From assembly GCA_951406725.2 (NCBI GenBank), contig OX597817.1:135594001-135658000 (forward strand): DNA of 64,000 bases. The letters run 5' to 3'. Source of the DNA: Octopus vulgaris (Eukaryota). Made by a program: the position numbers and the translations under genes. Positions within the stretch are counted from its first letter, which is position 1. Every line of letters begins with the position of its first letter. Below are positions 1 through 11,959 of the stretch, one piece after another. The notes below the pieces were generated by a model. The model saw only the letters and a list, made by a program, of their open reading frames with translations, was not told the DNA's origin and ran no database searches.

Positions 1-167
1 CCTATCGGGGTCGATTAAATAAGTACCAGTTACGCACTGGCGTTGACGTAATCGACTTAATCCGTTTGTCTGTCCATGTTTAGCCCCTTGTGGGCAGTAA
101 AGAAATACGTATTTGGATGATTGTTGGGTGCTGATCAATGTCACAACGCTGAAACCCAAGGGACACA

Positions 168-1219
168 GAAAAAACAAGGAGAAACAAGGAGAAAAAAGGA
201 GAGCAAAAAGGAGAGAAGAAAGGAGAGAAAAAAGGAAAGAAGTAAAAAGGAGAAGAAAGGGAGAGAGAAAAGGAGAGCAACAAAAGGAGAGCAAAGAATG
301 AGAGTAAGGAAGGAGAGCAAAAAAGGGGAGAAGGGAGATAAAAAAGGAGAGAGAAAAGAGAAAGAAAAGGAGAGCAAAAAAAGGAGAGAAAAAGGAGAAA
401 AGAAACAAGAGAAGAAAGGGGAGCAGAGAAGGAGCGCAAAAAGGGAGAGAAAGAAAAGAGAGCAAAATAGGAGAGAAGAAAGGAGAGAAAAGGGAGAGAG
501 AAAAGGAGAGCAAAAAAGGAGAGAAGAAAGGGACAGAAAAGGAGGAGAGCAAAAAAGGAAAGCAAAGAAGAGAATGAGAGAAGGGAGAGAAGAAAGGAGA
601 GACAAAGGAGAGCAAAAAAGGAGAGCAAGGAAGGAGAGCAAAAAAAGGAGAGAAGGAGGGCAAAAAGAAGAAACGGAGAGACAAAATAGAACAAAAAAGG
701 AGAGCAAAAACAGAAGAGCAACAAAGGAGAGCAAAAAAGGAGAAAGGAGAGAAAAAAGGAGAAAGGAGAGAAAAAAGGAGAAAAGAAAGGAGAGAAGGAA
801 GGAGATAAAAAGGAGAGCAAGGAAGGAGAGCAAAAAAGGAGAGGGAAAAAAGAAAGGGAGAGAAAAAGGAGAGCAAAAAAGGAGAGAGGAAAGGAGAGAA
901 GAAAGGAGAGAGGAAAGGAGAGAAGAAAGGAGAGAGGAAAGGAGAGAAGAAAGGGGAGCAAAAAAAGAAGAGAAAATGGGAGAGAAGAAAGGAGAGAAGG
1001 AAGGAAAGAAAAAAGGGAGAGAAAAAAGGAGATCAAAAAAGGAGAGCAATGAAGGAGAGCAAAAAAGGAAGAAGAAAGAGAGAGAAAAAGGAGAGCAAAA
1101 AAGGAGAGAAGAAAGGAGAGAGGAAAGGAGAGCAAAAAAGAAGAGAAAATGGGAGAGAAGAAAGGGACAGAAAAGAAGGAGAGCAAAAAAGGCGAACAAA
1201 AAAGGAGAGAAGAAAGGAG
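168..1219. repeat. About 1 kb polypurine/polypyrimidine degenerate tandem repeat (AGGAGAGAAGAA / AGGAGAGCAAAA-like units)
   Basis: Almost entirely A/G on the + strand, with a regular 12-mer array at about 880-955. It explains the stop-free K/E/R and F/L/S ORFs. Confidence 0.95.
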
Positions 1220-1344
1220 TCTCTGATTCTTACATAAAAAGTGGTAAGCATTAGGAAAGACATCCAGCCATAAAAACTATGCCAAAGAAGATGGTGGCGT
1301 TTGGTGCATTCTTCAGCCTTACCTGCCAAGCTGTCCAACCAATT

Positions 1345-2057
1345 TTCATCTTCAGGAAGAGAGGAAGAAATGCAAGTCTACAGGTGCTAAATCTAGAAAA
1401 TAGGACAGGTGAAGGAACATACAACCATGTTGTTTTTGACGAGAAACTCTCAAGTGAGGAGAGGTCAGTGACCGGATGCATTGTTGTCATGAAGAATCTA
1501 ATTCATTGAGCTCCACAGATCCAGTCCCTTCTGCTGAACGTTCTCCCTCAAATGCTTCCAAACATCGTAGTGGAACTCTCAACATTCTAAAACCTCCCCC
1601 CCCCGGGGGAGGGGGGTTAAGTTCTCGATGCACAGTACCACATTTCCAGGTGTGACACTCGTAGCAGGTCTTCCAGATCAATCATTGTCTTCCAGGGACG
1701 TTCTTCTACTTTTGAAGCACCCGTGCCATTTTGAAACATTGCATACAACCTTACTGTCTCACTGCCATAAGCATGCCGAAGCATGCTCCAATGTCTCTGT
1801 TGCAGACTTCCCAAGTTCAAAACAGAATTTCACGTTGGCTCTTTGTTCCTGTCCATGACAAGAATCACAAACTACACCATACACACATGATCACAAAAAC
1901 ACAAATTTCACAACTTGGGAAGCAGACACAACGATGTCACTTGACGCTCTGTCTTGTGAAAGTCACTGCTAGCTCTCACTGTGTACGCAACTGTGTGCTG
2001 CCATCTGTTGGCACGCTACAGAACTAGTCCGTGAACTTTTTGATACCACCCTTCATA
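1345..2057 (-). mobile_element. Decayed, internally deleted Tc1/mariner transposon
   Basis: Frameshifted fragments read EQRANVKFCFELGKSATETL / MLRHAYGSE / RTSLEDND.SGRPATS (HTH region), then HLRENVQQKGLDLW..ILHDNNASGH..EFLVKNNM..DLAP..LFLKMK (HDNA / YSPDLAP region). TIR-like end tatgaagggtggtatcaaaaagttcacggact at about 2028-2057. Confidence 0.85.
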
Positions 2058-2217
2058 TGTGTGTATATATAGTAATTTAAAATGAAGGTGAGAAATTGGT
2101 TATTAATTTAATTAACATCAATTACACACCAGTGGTCTAGCATATAAAAATCTGAAGGTTCAGTAAATTGTATTATATACATATCCCTCTCATATGTATG
2201 TGTATATATATATATAT

Positions 2218-2625
2218 CAGAAAATTACTCTTTTTAAATCTCACAACGAAAGATATTCAGCAAAAGATTGTTTGCCAACATAACATGACAGTCTTGGTTT
2301 AGGACAAATGTTGCTGTAATTTAGCCCCTAATTTATAGATCAGTGACTAGTTGTCACTTTGAAAACTATATATTTCGAATGGGAATTTGGCGGCACCACC
2401 TCTAGCCAAACTATTATTCTGTACTGATGAAGGGAAATAACCTGGAAATCACAATACACAGATATTGTTTTGAGCTGAGTGGGGCTGTTGGATTCCTTTG
2501 TTCAAACATAGAAGGACACAGATCATGTCATATAGCCAGCTGGAGACAATGTTTCCTGGGGCTAAATTACAGCAACATACATCCTAAACCAGGACTGCCA
2601 TGCTATGTTGGCAAACAATCTTTAC
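2218..2625. mobile_element. Foldback element with about 65-bp inverted arms and a central hammerhead-like motif
   Basis: 2262-2328 is the reverse complement of 2558-2623. The same family recurs at 36403-36662 and, partially, at about 27335-27420. Confidence 0.75.
2418..2462 (+). ncRNA. Degenerate type-I hammerhead ribozyme-like motif
   Basis: tctgta-CTGATGA-AGGGaaataaCCTG-GAAA-TCACAA-TA-cacaga. Core boxes are in the correct order, stem II is AGG/CCT and stem I is tctgt/acaga. TCACAA is the double CpG-decay product of palindromic TCGCGA (inference). Confidence 0.5.
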
Positions 2626-3276
2626 CAATTCAGTAATGTAGCAGTAGTAAGGTATATCAATATTAAATTTTACAGAGCAAACATAATCCGGTAGAGAGTC
2701 AATAGGCTGGGTAAAGTGGACACGCCTACCTTTAATTAAACTCGATATCTCGTCTCCATAGTTGTGAACAGCCCAGTTAAGGCTGAAATTCAGTATAGAC
2801 TGTCAACTTTGATATATAATGTGTGTGTCTATGTGACTAATCACTACCATTTAAGGTCCATTTTCTATGCTGGCATGGGTTGGACAGTTTTGACAGGAGC
2901 TGATGAGCCAGAAGACTGCGCCAAATTCTATCTGCTTTGGCACTGTTTTTTGTGGCTGCCCTTCCTTATACCAACCGCTTTACTGAATATATAGGATGCT
3001 TTTTATGTGGCACTAGCATAAGTGAGATCAGCAACTAACTTGCCAGATTCCTCAACTGAGGGAGGTATCTTTATGCCAGATGATGACAGGTTAATGTGTG
3101 TGTGTGTGTATGTGTGTGTGTATATATATGTAAATGTAAAAAAATACAAACTGGGACAAGAACGTGAAACATTTAGAAGACGATACAAAAAACACGGACG
3201 GGACATTCGAAGCCTTCAATCTTCAGTCAAGAACCGGATCATCTTCGCAATTTCGGCTGATTATATATATATATAT

Positions 3277-3615
3277 ATCATCATCATCATCATGTAACGT
3301 CTGCTTTGCAAGCTAGCATGGGTTGAACGATTTGACTGAGCACTGGCGAACCAGATGGCTGCACCAGGCTCCAATCTGATCTGGCAGAGTTTCTACAGCT
3401 GGATGCCCTTCCTAATGCCAACCACTCTGAAAGTGTAGTGGGTGTTTTTACGTGCCACCGGCACGAGGGCCAGTCTGGCAGTACTGGCAACAGCCACGCT
3501 CAAATGGTGTATTTTACGTGCCACCTGCACAGGAGTCAGTCCAGTGGCACTGGTAAAGACCTCGCTCGAATGTTTTGTTCACGTGCCACTGGCACAAATG
3601 CGAGTAAGGTGACGC
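3277..3615 (-). mobile_element. 3' end of RTE-type LINE / related element with (TGA)n tail (family C); more than 20 copies in the window
   Basis: Shared sequence catcatttaacgtcc..ccatgctagcatgggttggacg..ctacagctggatgcccttcctaacgccaaccactc recurs at about 12530, 17070, 21188, 26328, 28430, 29567, 31575, 42320, 43515, 48163, 49462, 57982, 60660, 61213, 62023 and 63320. It is contiguous with RTE coding sequence in several copies. Confidence 0.85.
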
Positions 3616-4447
3616 TATATATATATATATATATACATATATATACATATATACACATATATATACATATATACACATATATACACATATATATACATAT
3701 ATACACATATATATACATATATACACATATATATACATATATACACATATATATACATATATACACATATATATACATATATACACATATATATACATAT
3801 ATACACATATACATATATACACATATACATATATACACATATACACATATATATATATATACACATATACACATATATATATATACACATATACACATAT
3901 ATATATACACATATACACATATATATATATACACATATATATATATACACATATACACATATATATATATACACATATACACATATATATATATACACAT
4001 ATACACATATATATATATACACATATACACATATATATATATATATACACATATATATATATATATACATATATACACATATATATATATACATATATAC
4101 ACATATATACACATATATATATACACATATATACACATATATATATATACATATATACACATATATATATATACATATATACACATATATATATATACAT
4201 ATACACATATATATATATACATATACACATATATATATATACATATACACATATATATATATACATATACACATATATATATATACATATACACATATAT
4301 ATATATACATATACACATATATATATATACATATACATATATATATATACATATATATATACATATATATATATACATATATATATACACATATATATAC
4401 ATATATATATACATATATATATATATATACACACACATACACATATA
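3616..4447. repeat. Compound (TA)n/(TACA)n microsatellite
   Basis: About 830 bp of atatatacac/atacat units; source of the YI/CV pseudo-ORFs. Confidence 0.97.
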
Positions 4448-4786
4448 TGCCTTTTATAAATGTGTATTACCTATAAAGACATGCGCCTACCAACTAATGT
4501 GTACAGTGCATATATGTGTAATCTTGTGTTGGCTTCAACCTCTAGCCTACAAAGATTATGATGAACCACGAGACACACACGCACACACACACACACACAC
4601 ACGCACAAAAACTCATTGAATATTAATCAATTGCCCTCGCACGCGCGCGCACATCCCTAACAAACAGCAACGGGGTTGTCTGAAACAGCAGCTGTTGCAC
4701 AAACACCACTATATCAATGTCATCACCACAACGACATAAGTGGTCGCTCGACATGCTAGTTATAACAGCCAAATCAACCTAGTTTC

Positions 4787-4827
<41 letters not shown>

Positions 4828-5764
4828 GTGTTCGTAGATATACAGAGTCTAAAAAAAAGATGGGGTGGTAACGGTTTGGTCACGTTAATCGTAAATCAAT
4901 TCGATCAGGGTTGACCGGGGATGGGGGGGCTATACAACAGAATCAATATGATCGAGACAACGAGGAAAGGCCGCCATGTGGTCACCAAAACTGTTAGAAA
5001 TAACAGTCCAAACGTTCATTATATCATATATGCTCCCGTAATTTGCGATTTCATATCGTTACAACAAAAACTAACAGAAGAAAATGACGAGTATCGAACG
5101 GTTAGATTCGATTGGAATTATATTCGTGGTGATTGGCCTTATTAGTACCGTCAATGGTTTCGGTTTTCTGGTACAAAGCTAGAAATGTTAGTGGTGTGAT
5201 TCAATCGATTACATCAGCCCCCAGCGTTTAACTGGTTGTTATTTTATCGACCCTGAAAGGGTGAAAGGCAAACTCATCGACCTCGGACGAATTTGAACTC
5301 ACAACGTAAAGGACCACTATGCATTTCGTCCGACATTTGAGCTTTCATTAATCGTAACGTAATATTACTCTTGTCACGACCAGAATGAGCGGTTCGTGAC
5401 ATGATGACACCAACACATCCGCATGAAAGGCCAACTGGAACAGGCTTGACCTGGGGTTACACGACACGAACATTAACAACAAGAATGATGTATATATATA
5501 TATAAATGTGTGCAAAAAGGTGGATGTCTGAAGAACCAATGTTAACATTAAAAGACCAGCGTTGTTTTGTTTTGGTTTTGTTTTGTGCTGGGGGGTTTTT
5601 TTCTTATCTTTCTTTCATTTTCTTTTCTTTTTAGATATAAAACGAACCAGGGTTTTTCCCCCCGCTGAGTTTGTAGAATAAATTGATAGGGTGTCCTTTC
5701 TCTTTTTTTTTATTTTGTTTTTTTGGGGTTTTTTTTTTTGGTAAGTTCGTTTTAGGGAGCAGTT

Positions 5765-5772
5765 AGACAGAC

Positions 5773-5851
<79 letters not shown>

Positions 5852-5985
5852 CAGATAGATAGATAGATAGACAGATAGATAGATAGATAGACAGATAGAT
5901 AGATAGACTGACAGACAGACAGACCAGACAGATAGATAGATAGACAGATAGACAGACAGATCTATACATACATACATACATACAT
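5765..5985. repeat. (AGAT)n/(AGAC)n microsatellite
   Basis: Direct reading of tandem tetranucleotides. Confidence 0.97.
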
Positions 5986-8004
5986 AAGACACATAGATAA
6001 ATACTAGAGATATATACATCGTGATGGAGGTGTGGTGTAAATGCGCGTTAATGGAAAGATGAAGGTGTGTGTATAAGAGAGGATAAAAAGAGAAGAAAAA
6101 CAATAACAAAGTAAACTACATCAGTGGAACTGAAGAGAGAAATTAGGAAGAAGAAGAAGATTTGTCTTGGAAAGCCAGTAGTCACAGTTGTAGGATATTA
6201 GATGGTAAAGCTAGTCGGCTCACGTTGGCAGGAGGAACACTAGGTCGGTTAGTGGTGGTACATGACATTTTAATTACAACCCATCTATTAAACAGACATA
6301 TATTAGTAGTATTAATAAAGTCAACTGGATTATCTACCTAGCTTATATAAATATATATTTGTGGCGTGTTCGTAGTATTTGCCTTCTGATAGATACAGAC
6401 ACACTAAGAAGTGAATGTATCGATCAGAAATAGATACATTTGGGGTATTATTTTAGAGTAACAAGTGATGAAGCTAAAATGGAGACAGTAAACATTCCAT
6501 CATAAATAATTGCTCTCAAATACACGATGATTTATTACATAGAGAGAGATATATACCAGAAATAATTTTATCCTCATTTCTTTCCTCTAACATGTTTGTT
6601 TATTATTATAATAATTATTATTAATTTGTTCGACACAAATTACACATGACCCAAGGTCTGTGTGTGTGGTGTGTTTATTTTATGATAAACAGGGGTGGTT
6701 CTTCGGCCCCAGGTCAGCCCCGATTCAAGGACTTCTCACTAAAAGAATTCCTGCTATTAGTATTCTTTATTTTCGTTTTTAGACACAATTCATCAAGGAC
6801 TACATCATATACAATGCGTCATGCCTTTTTCTAGGCGATAAGATTGAGGGAGAATTCATTAGTGTTTCTAACAGGCCAAAAGAACACGAAGGCTACCCAC
6901 TCCCATGGTCAATATCACCCTGGGATGCTGGCACTTAACACATGTTCCAACAGTAACTGGTAAAGGTAACCACTACCACACCAATACGAGCTAATGACAC
7001 AGGCTACACCTGGTCGTTTGTCCTGCTAAACATAGCAACTAAATCTCCCTTAAATCATGGATTACTGTCTTAGAAAAGAACACGTTGTATAAAACGGTTC
7101 TAGGTTGTATGCATAAAGGGAAAATAAGAGATGGTTATAGCTGCAATGCTTTTAAACGGAGGTTTGCTCGACTACGATAGACCGAGGGTTAAACAATAAA
7201 AAAAAACTAAAACACTAAAGCAAGATAGGTCGACCTATCTGCAAGAAATAGCGGCTAAAATCTTTCCCAAACCACACCCTGTCGTCTTTAAAAAGGGGAA
7301 GACACCCGGAATTGTGTAGTCATAGAAACCACATTGAATTAAAATGGGATTGTCATGGGTGGAAATTCTTACAGGCCTGTCTGCTCTACCAGAATTAACC
7401 ACTGAGAGCTTAAATACTAAGACACATACATTTGTCTCTCGTATATAATAAACACCCGTCAGGAATTTGTTATGACAAAATCGTAAAAGTTGAATGAAGT
7501 CAGGGAGAGGAAAATAAAACAATCTCATCAGGAAAATGTCAACAAGAGATGAATATAAATAAATTTTCTCTCTCGACTTCAACGAACGAAAAAGAAACTA
7601 GGTTTTTATTGTCAGTCAGTGGCAACACAATTATCAAAGAGAGGAAATGGAGAGAGGGGGGAGAAAAAGAGAGAGAGAGAGAAAACAGAGAATAATTGTA
7701 TTAAGAGAGGGAGTGATCGTATAAGAGAGAAAAAGAGAGTAATTGTATTAAGAGAGGGAGTGATTGTATAAGAGAGAAGAAAGGGTAAAAGATTGTATAA
7801 GAGAAAAAAGGAAGGTGAATGGACTAGAGAGAGTGTGTTAAAAAGAGAGTGGGTGACATAGATAGAGTAATAGTATGAGAGGGAGGGGTAGATAGAGAGT
7901 AAGCGTGGCTGGGAATGAGAAACTCTTTACCCGAGTTGGATGTTGTTAATGGATTTAGAATAGATGTAGAAATTAAGTTAAAAATACTCTGTATTTTCTC
8001 TCAC

Positions 8005-8046
8005 CTGCATCCGATGGAACTCCTCTTCTGACAAGGCAGTTGCCAT
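8005..8046 (-). CDS. GRIPAP1: GRIP1-associated protein 1 (GRASP-1), coding exon 1; remaining exons not found in the window
   Basis: ATG GCA ACT GCC TTG TCA GAA GAG GAG TTC CAT CGG ATG CAG|gtgaga = MATALSEEEFHRMQ. This matches the vertebrate GRIPAP1 N-terminus MAQALSEEEFQRMQ (recalled). Strong phase-0 donor in a CpG-rich island. Confidence 0.85.
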
Positions 8047-8275
8047 TCCTCTAACCGTCGACGCAAGCAGTGTCAGCGAGAATTATTCCAGTGTCTGGCG
8101 ACATCCACACTTTAAGAACCTCCTAGCGTAGCGAGGCATGTACCCGTTCACTTGTAGCAGTCGTCGTACTACTGCTACCGCAACTGCTGCTGCTGCTGTT
8201 ACTGATGCTAGTTCGATGCGGGCAGGGAACCGCCCTTGCTGCCGTAACTACACCGCCATTTTCCCACCAGTTGTC
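8047..8275 (-). promoter_or_regulatory. GRIPAP1 5' UTR / TSS region with YY1-type motif
   Basis: CpG-rich region with AAAATGGCGG (YY1 consensus, typical just downstream of housekeeping TSSs) at 8253-8262 and a short (CAG)n-like tract at about 8165-8200. Confidence 0.55.
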
Positions 8276-9459
8276 TTATAGTAAAGTTGGCAATTATTTT
8301 TGGTATCGTAGTAAAATACAACATAGCTTCCTACCCCGTTTTTTTTTCCTTTTCTTTAACAATATTTCCTCGATTTAATGTCAATTAAACGTTTATGATC
8401 GAATTCAAATTCAAAATTTTGTTTTTAGATTAACATATCATTTCGGTGTTGCTTCATGGAAATATCAAATTCTTTATTTTTAACGTTTTTTTTGTGAGTA
8501 AGAAATATTCTGACGATAGAATCCTTGTTGGATACGAATATCTACTTGTTGGTGATGCTACAAGAGTTCTATGCAGTTAACACTTTTCCACAACAAAAAT
8601 ACCAGTAATTAATGAGGACCAAACGTGGTCTTGTAAAGAGAAAATTGTTTTCATACCCAAACAAGATATCCATCAACGAATTAGTCTCCGTGATTTATAA
8701 ATAATAAACTACAAAGGGAATCTGTTACTTGTTTCCTTTCCTGGTTAATAGCCACTTTACTTTTTTCCTGGTTTTCAGGAAAGTCTCCTTTGTCACATTT
8801 ATAAATCTGAAATTTTGTGTTTTCATTAAATAAATCGAGGGTGAATTAGTCGGAACTAAAAAAAAAAAAAAGCATACGACGAGCCTTGCAGTTTTGTATT
8901 CTGTAAAATCCTGTAGGGGTCGAAATGGTCCTTTCTTCCATGTGAGAAGAATAACGTAAAATACCTATAATATGCTAATTTTTAAATTCAAATTCGCCGA
9001 GGTCAACTTTACCTTTCATCCTTTCGGGGTCGATTAATTAAGTACCAGCTGCACACTGGGGTCGATGTAATTGACTTAATCCTTTTGTCTGTCGTTTGTC
9101 CCCTCTATGTTTAGCCCCTTGTAGGCAATAAAGAAATAAATATGCTAGATTAATTCAAAGCATCAGAAAAAATATCTGGTACTTATAGTTACAATCCATT
9201 AGGTTCTAAGTTCAAATACAGTCAAAACCAACATTTTTTTTATTTCTGTCCCTCCAGGGTTGATAAAGTACCAGCCAAGTCCTGACTTGATAGTGGTATT
9301 TTGTCAGTCTTTATGTTCTGAGTTCAAATTCCGCCAAGGTTGTTGACTTTGCCTTTCATCCTTTCGGGGTCGATAAATTAAGTACCGTTGAATCACTGGG
9401 GGCAATCCCCTCCCCCAAAACTGCTGCCCTGGTAGCAAAATTTGAAATTATTATTATTA

Positions 9460-9910
9460 TTGTCTAGTGGTGAAAGAGATAGTATGGTGGTCCTGTTTGA
9501 AAGGGCTAAAGACAGCCACTTTCCTCTTTGGCCAAGCCCTCATCAACTTTTTCAAGTTTCCCTTGAAAAGGAAATTGGGGAGAGAGAGGGAAGTGTTGCC
9601 TTGTAGCAAGTTTGTTGAAAGGTGGGTGAATGTTGGAAGAATGGCCAGTGTGAAAGGACCAATTCTGAGCATGCACCTGAAGAAAAAAGGGGAAGGGCTC
9701 TTGCCTTGTTGTTCAGATACCCATGGCTTTTATGGATTTTTTCATGAAGTCCTTAAAGTGCCTCCCCTATTGGGAGTTTTAATTTGTCTAATTTTTAATT
9801 GTTATTTATATTGTTTACGCATTGTAAAACCCTTTGTATCATCCTGTTTTTTTAATGTTATTTATGTCTTTTAATGTAATTTTATGTAAGCCCTTGTGAC
9901 CAATAAAAGA

Positions 9911-9915
<5 letters not shown>
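9460..9915 (+). mobile_element. 3' fragment of L1/Tx1-like LINE (second copy at about 10215-10580)
   Basis: Two related ORF ends, KEIVWW..LKGL..F..QA.IN.FKF.LKRK..ERWVNV..M. The first copy ends in AATAAA followed by a (TTA)n tail. Clade assignment is tentative. Confidence 0.55.
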
Positions 9916-9964
<49 letters not shown>

Positions 9965-10844
9965 TATTATAGTAGTGAGCTAGTAGAATCATTAGCCCAC
10001 CAGGCAAAAAGCTTAGTGGCATTTTGTCAGTCTTAAAGTTCTGAGTTCAAATTCCACCAAGGTCAAATTTGCCTTTCATACTTCCAGGGTCGATAACATA
10101 AGTACCAGTTGTATACTGGAGCTTGATGTAATCAACTTACCCACTTCCCTGGAACTGCTGGCCTTGTGCCAAAATTTGAAATCATCATTGTTATTATTCT
10201 GGTTATCAGTCAAGTCCATTGTGAAGACACCCCACCGCCTTCTTTTGGCTGAGAAGAGAAGGCAGTTTACCTCTGGTGGCTATGGCAAAGTTTGGTGGAT
10301 GAGGCTGAAAGGACTGATGACAGATTCTTTCCTCTTCAAACAAGCCCGAATCAACATTTTCAAATTCCACTTGAAAAGAAAAGTGAGGGTGGAGTGGGAA
10401 GCACTGCCCACCCCCACCCCACCAGTAAATTTAGTTGAAAGGTGGGTAAATGTTGTGAAGATGACCCACGTGAACAGGCCTACTCTGAACATATGCTTGT
10501 AAACTGAAAGAGGAGTTGAGAAGGAGAAAGGCACTTGCTGAGGTGCCCCTGGCAATTGGGGTAGTCAGGATATGTGGGGTTCCTTGGTTGTTCCTGTGTC
10601 AAACTCCTCACCTCTCCATTTGGGGCATTTGATTGTTGATTGTTGTTGTTAATTGTCCCTGTTTCAATTTTATACACAAACTTTTGTACTAAGCCCCACT
10701 TGTTCTTTGTGATGTATTGTCCTTTTTTGTTTAGTATTAGGCCCTCAGAAAGTTTTGTCAAAAGTTGGTCTTCCTGATAAAATGATAAAGGTGATAGTAT
10801 CCCTGCATAAAGGAATGATACCACCAGTGACATCTTGTAGTTAA

Positions 10845-11200
10845 TGTTCAGAGACATTTTCTGTTGCCAGTGGAACCAAACAGGGCTGTGTTTTAGCTCC
10901 TGAATTTTTCCATATTCTTTACAACGATGTTCCAACATGCTTTCAGGGATTACCATGGAAGAGTAAAATTCCAATTACACACAGAAGGAGATCTACTTAA
11001 CCTGAAGGGGCAAAGTTTCAAATCAAAGAAAAAAAAAACGAAGAAATGATTCCATGTGAGTTTCTTTTTGCTGATTGTGCTCTGATTTTTCCTTTATTTG
11101 AGGGAATTCAGAAAATACTCAACAGGTTTGTTATGGTAGCTCCTTGCATTTGGACTGACTCTCAGCATCAACAAGATTGAAATTTTATCCCAATATCAAA
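10845..11200 (+). mobile_element. Decayed RTE/BovB-like reverse transcriptase fragment
   Basis: Frame fragments ETFSVASGTKQGCVLAP, FADCAL and FGLTLSINKIEIL (RT motifs QG.. and YADD-like). Confidence 0.7.
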
Positions 11201-11459
11201 ACAATTTGAGATGAAGAAAAAGAACAATAAAAGAATTCTGCTATCAACAGACATGTTTTCCCCAATCCTAGGCAAAACCAAAATTTTCAGTGTCCTCATT
11301 TTGACTTCCTAACAAAATCCATTCCTGGACTCAAATCACATTCATCCATCCATCATAAATAGATGCAGCTTCTTTTCTTCTTAAAAGAGGTTTTCCTTTT
11401 CCCACTTTTTTATCTTTAAATCCTCTCCTTCAAACACTCACACATTGAAATGGAAATGA

Positions 11460-11958
11460 CCATTATTGTTGTTGTTGTTATAGACATCGCACAGTATACA
11501 ATATCGTGAGGTTGTTGATTGAAGATATTGTATCTACCGGGGGATTTGTACTGTTTGTCAAATCACAACAAGGACCTCAAACAGACTGTACTTTAATGCA
11601 ATATGTGTGCAGTTCCAAGTAATGCTGACTTTTGCAATACATCTAGATTGTAGGATATCTTTAAAGTTTTCAGATGTTTTTTCAGATTGGGTGGTATTGA
11701 ACCCAATGCTCCAATGACAATAGGGATGACCTTTATGTTCAACTCTCGTAGCTGCCACATCTTAGCCATCCCAATTCTCAGGTCTCCATATTTATTAACT
11801 TTTCCTCTTTCTTTCATGATAATATGTTGATCTCCTGGCACTGCCACGGCGATTATTAGACACTCTAGTTTGTCCCTTTTAAAGGTTACTATATCCAGCC
11901 TTCGGTGCTCTGTCTGTCTAGAAGTCAAAGTTCTAAAGGATTTTTGCCTTCCCCTTTT
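11460..11958 (-). mobile_element. 3' fragment of R4/Dong-type LINE (restriction-like endonuclease domain)
   Basis: ORF 11593-11961 reads HRRLDIV..CLIIAVAVPGD..KERGKVNKYGDL..VIPIVIGALGSIP..LQKSALLGTAHIL, the typical RLE C-terminus. (AAC)n/(AAT) tail near 11460-11480. Confidence 0.85.
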
Positions 11959-11959
11959 C

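Noticed and set aside
80-1254. Long ORFs of 350-377 aa (K/E/R-rich or F/L/S-rich)
   Set aside because: They are open only because the polypurine repeat lacks stop codons on both strands; no domain or splice support.
2730-2782. Exon-like segment on the minus strand (ttcag|...AAG|gtagg), one frame reading LNWAVHNYGDEISSLIK
   Set aside because: Spliced to the phase-0 GRIPAP1 exon 1 it reads CCT TAA (immediate stop), and it does not resemble the expected QLLELRT-like continuation. It cannot be assigned without RNA data.
3438-4619. ORFs of 275-393 aa made of YI/HI/CV repeats (also 53352-54798 and 57194-57600)
   Set aside because: Translations of (TA)n/(TACA)n microsatellites.
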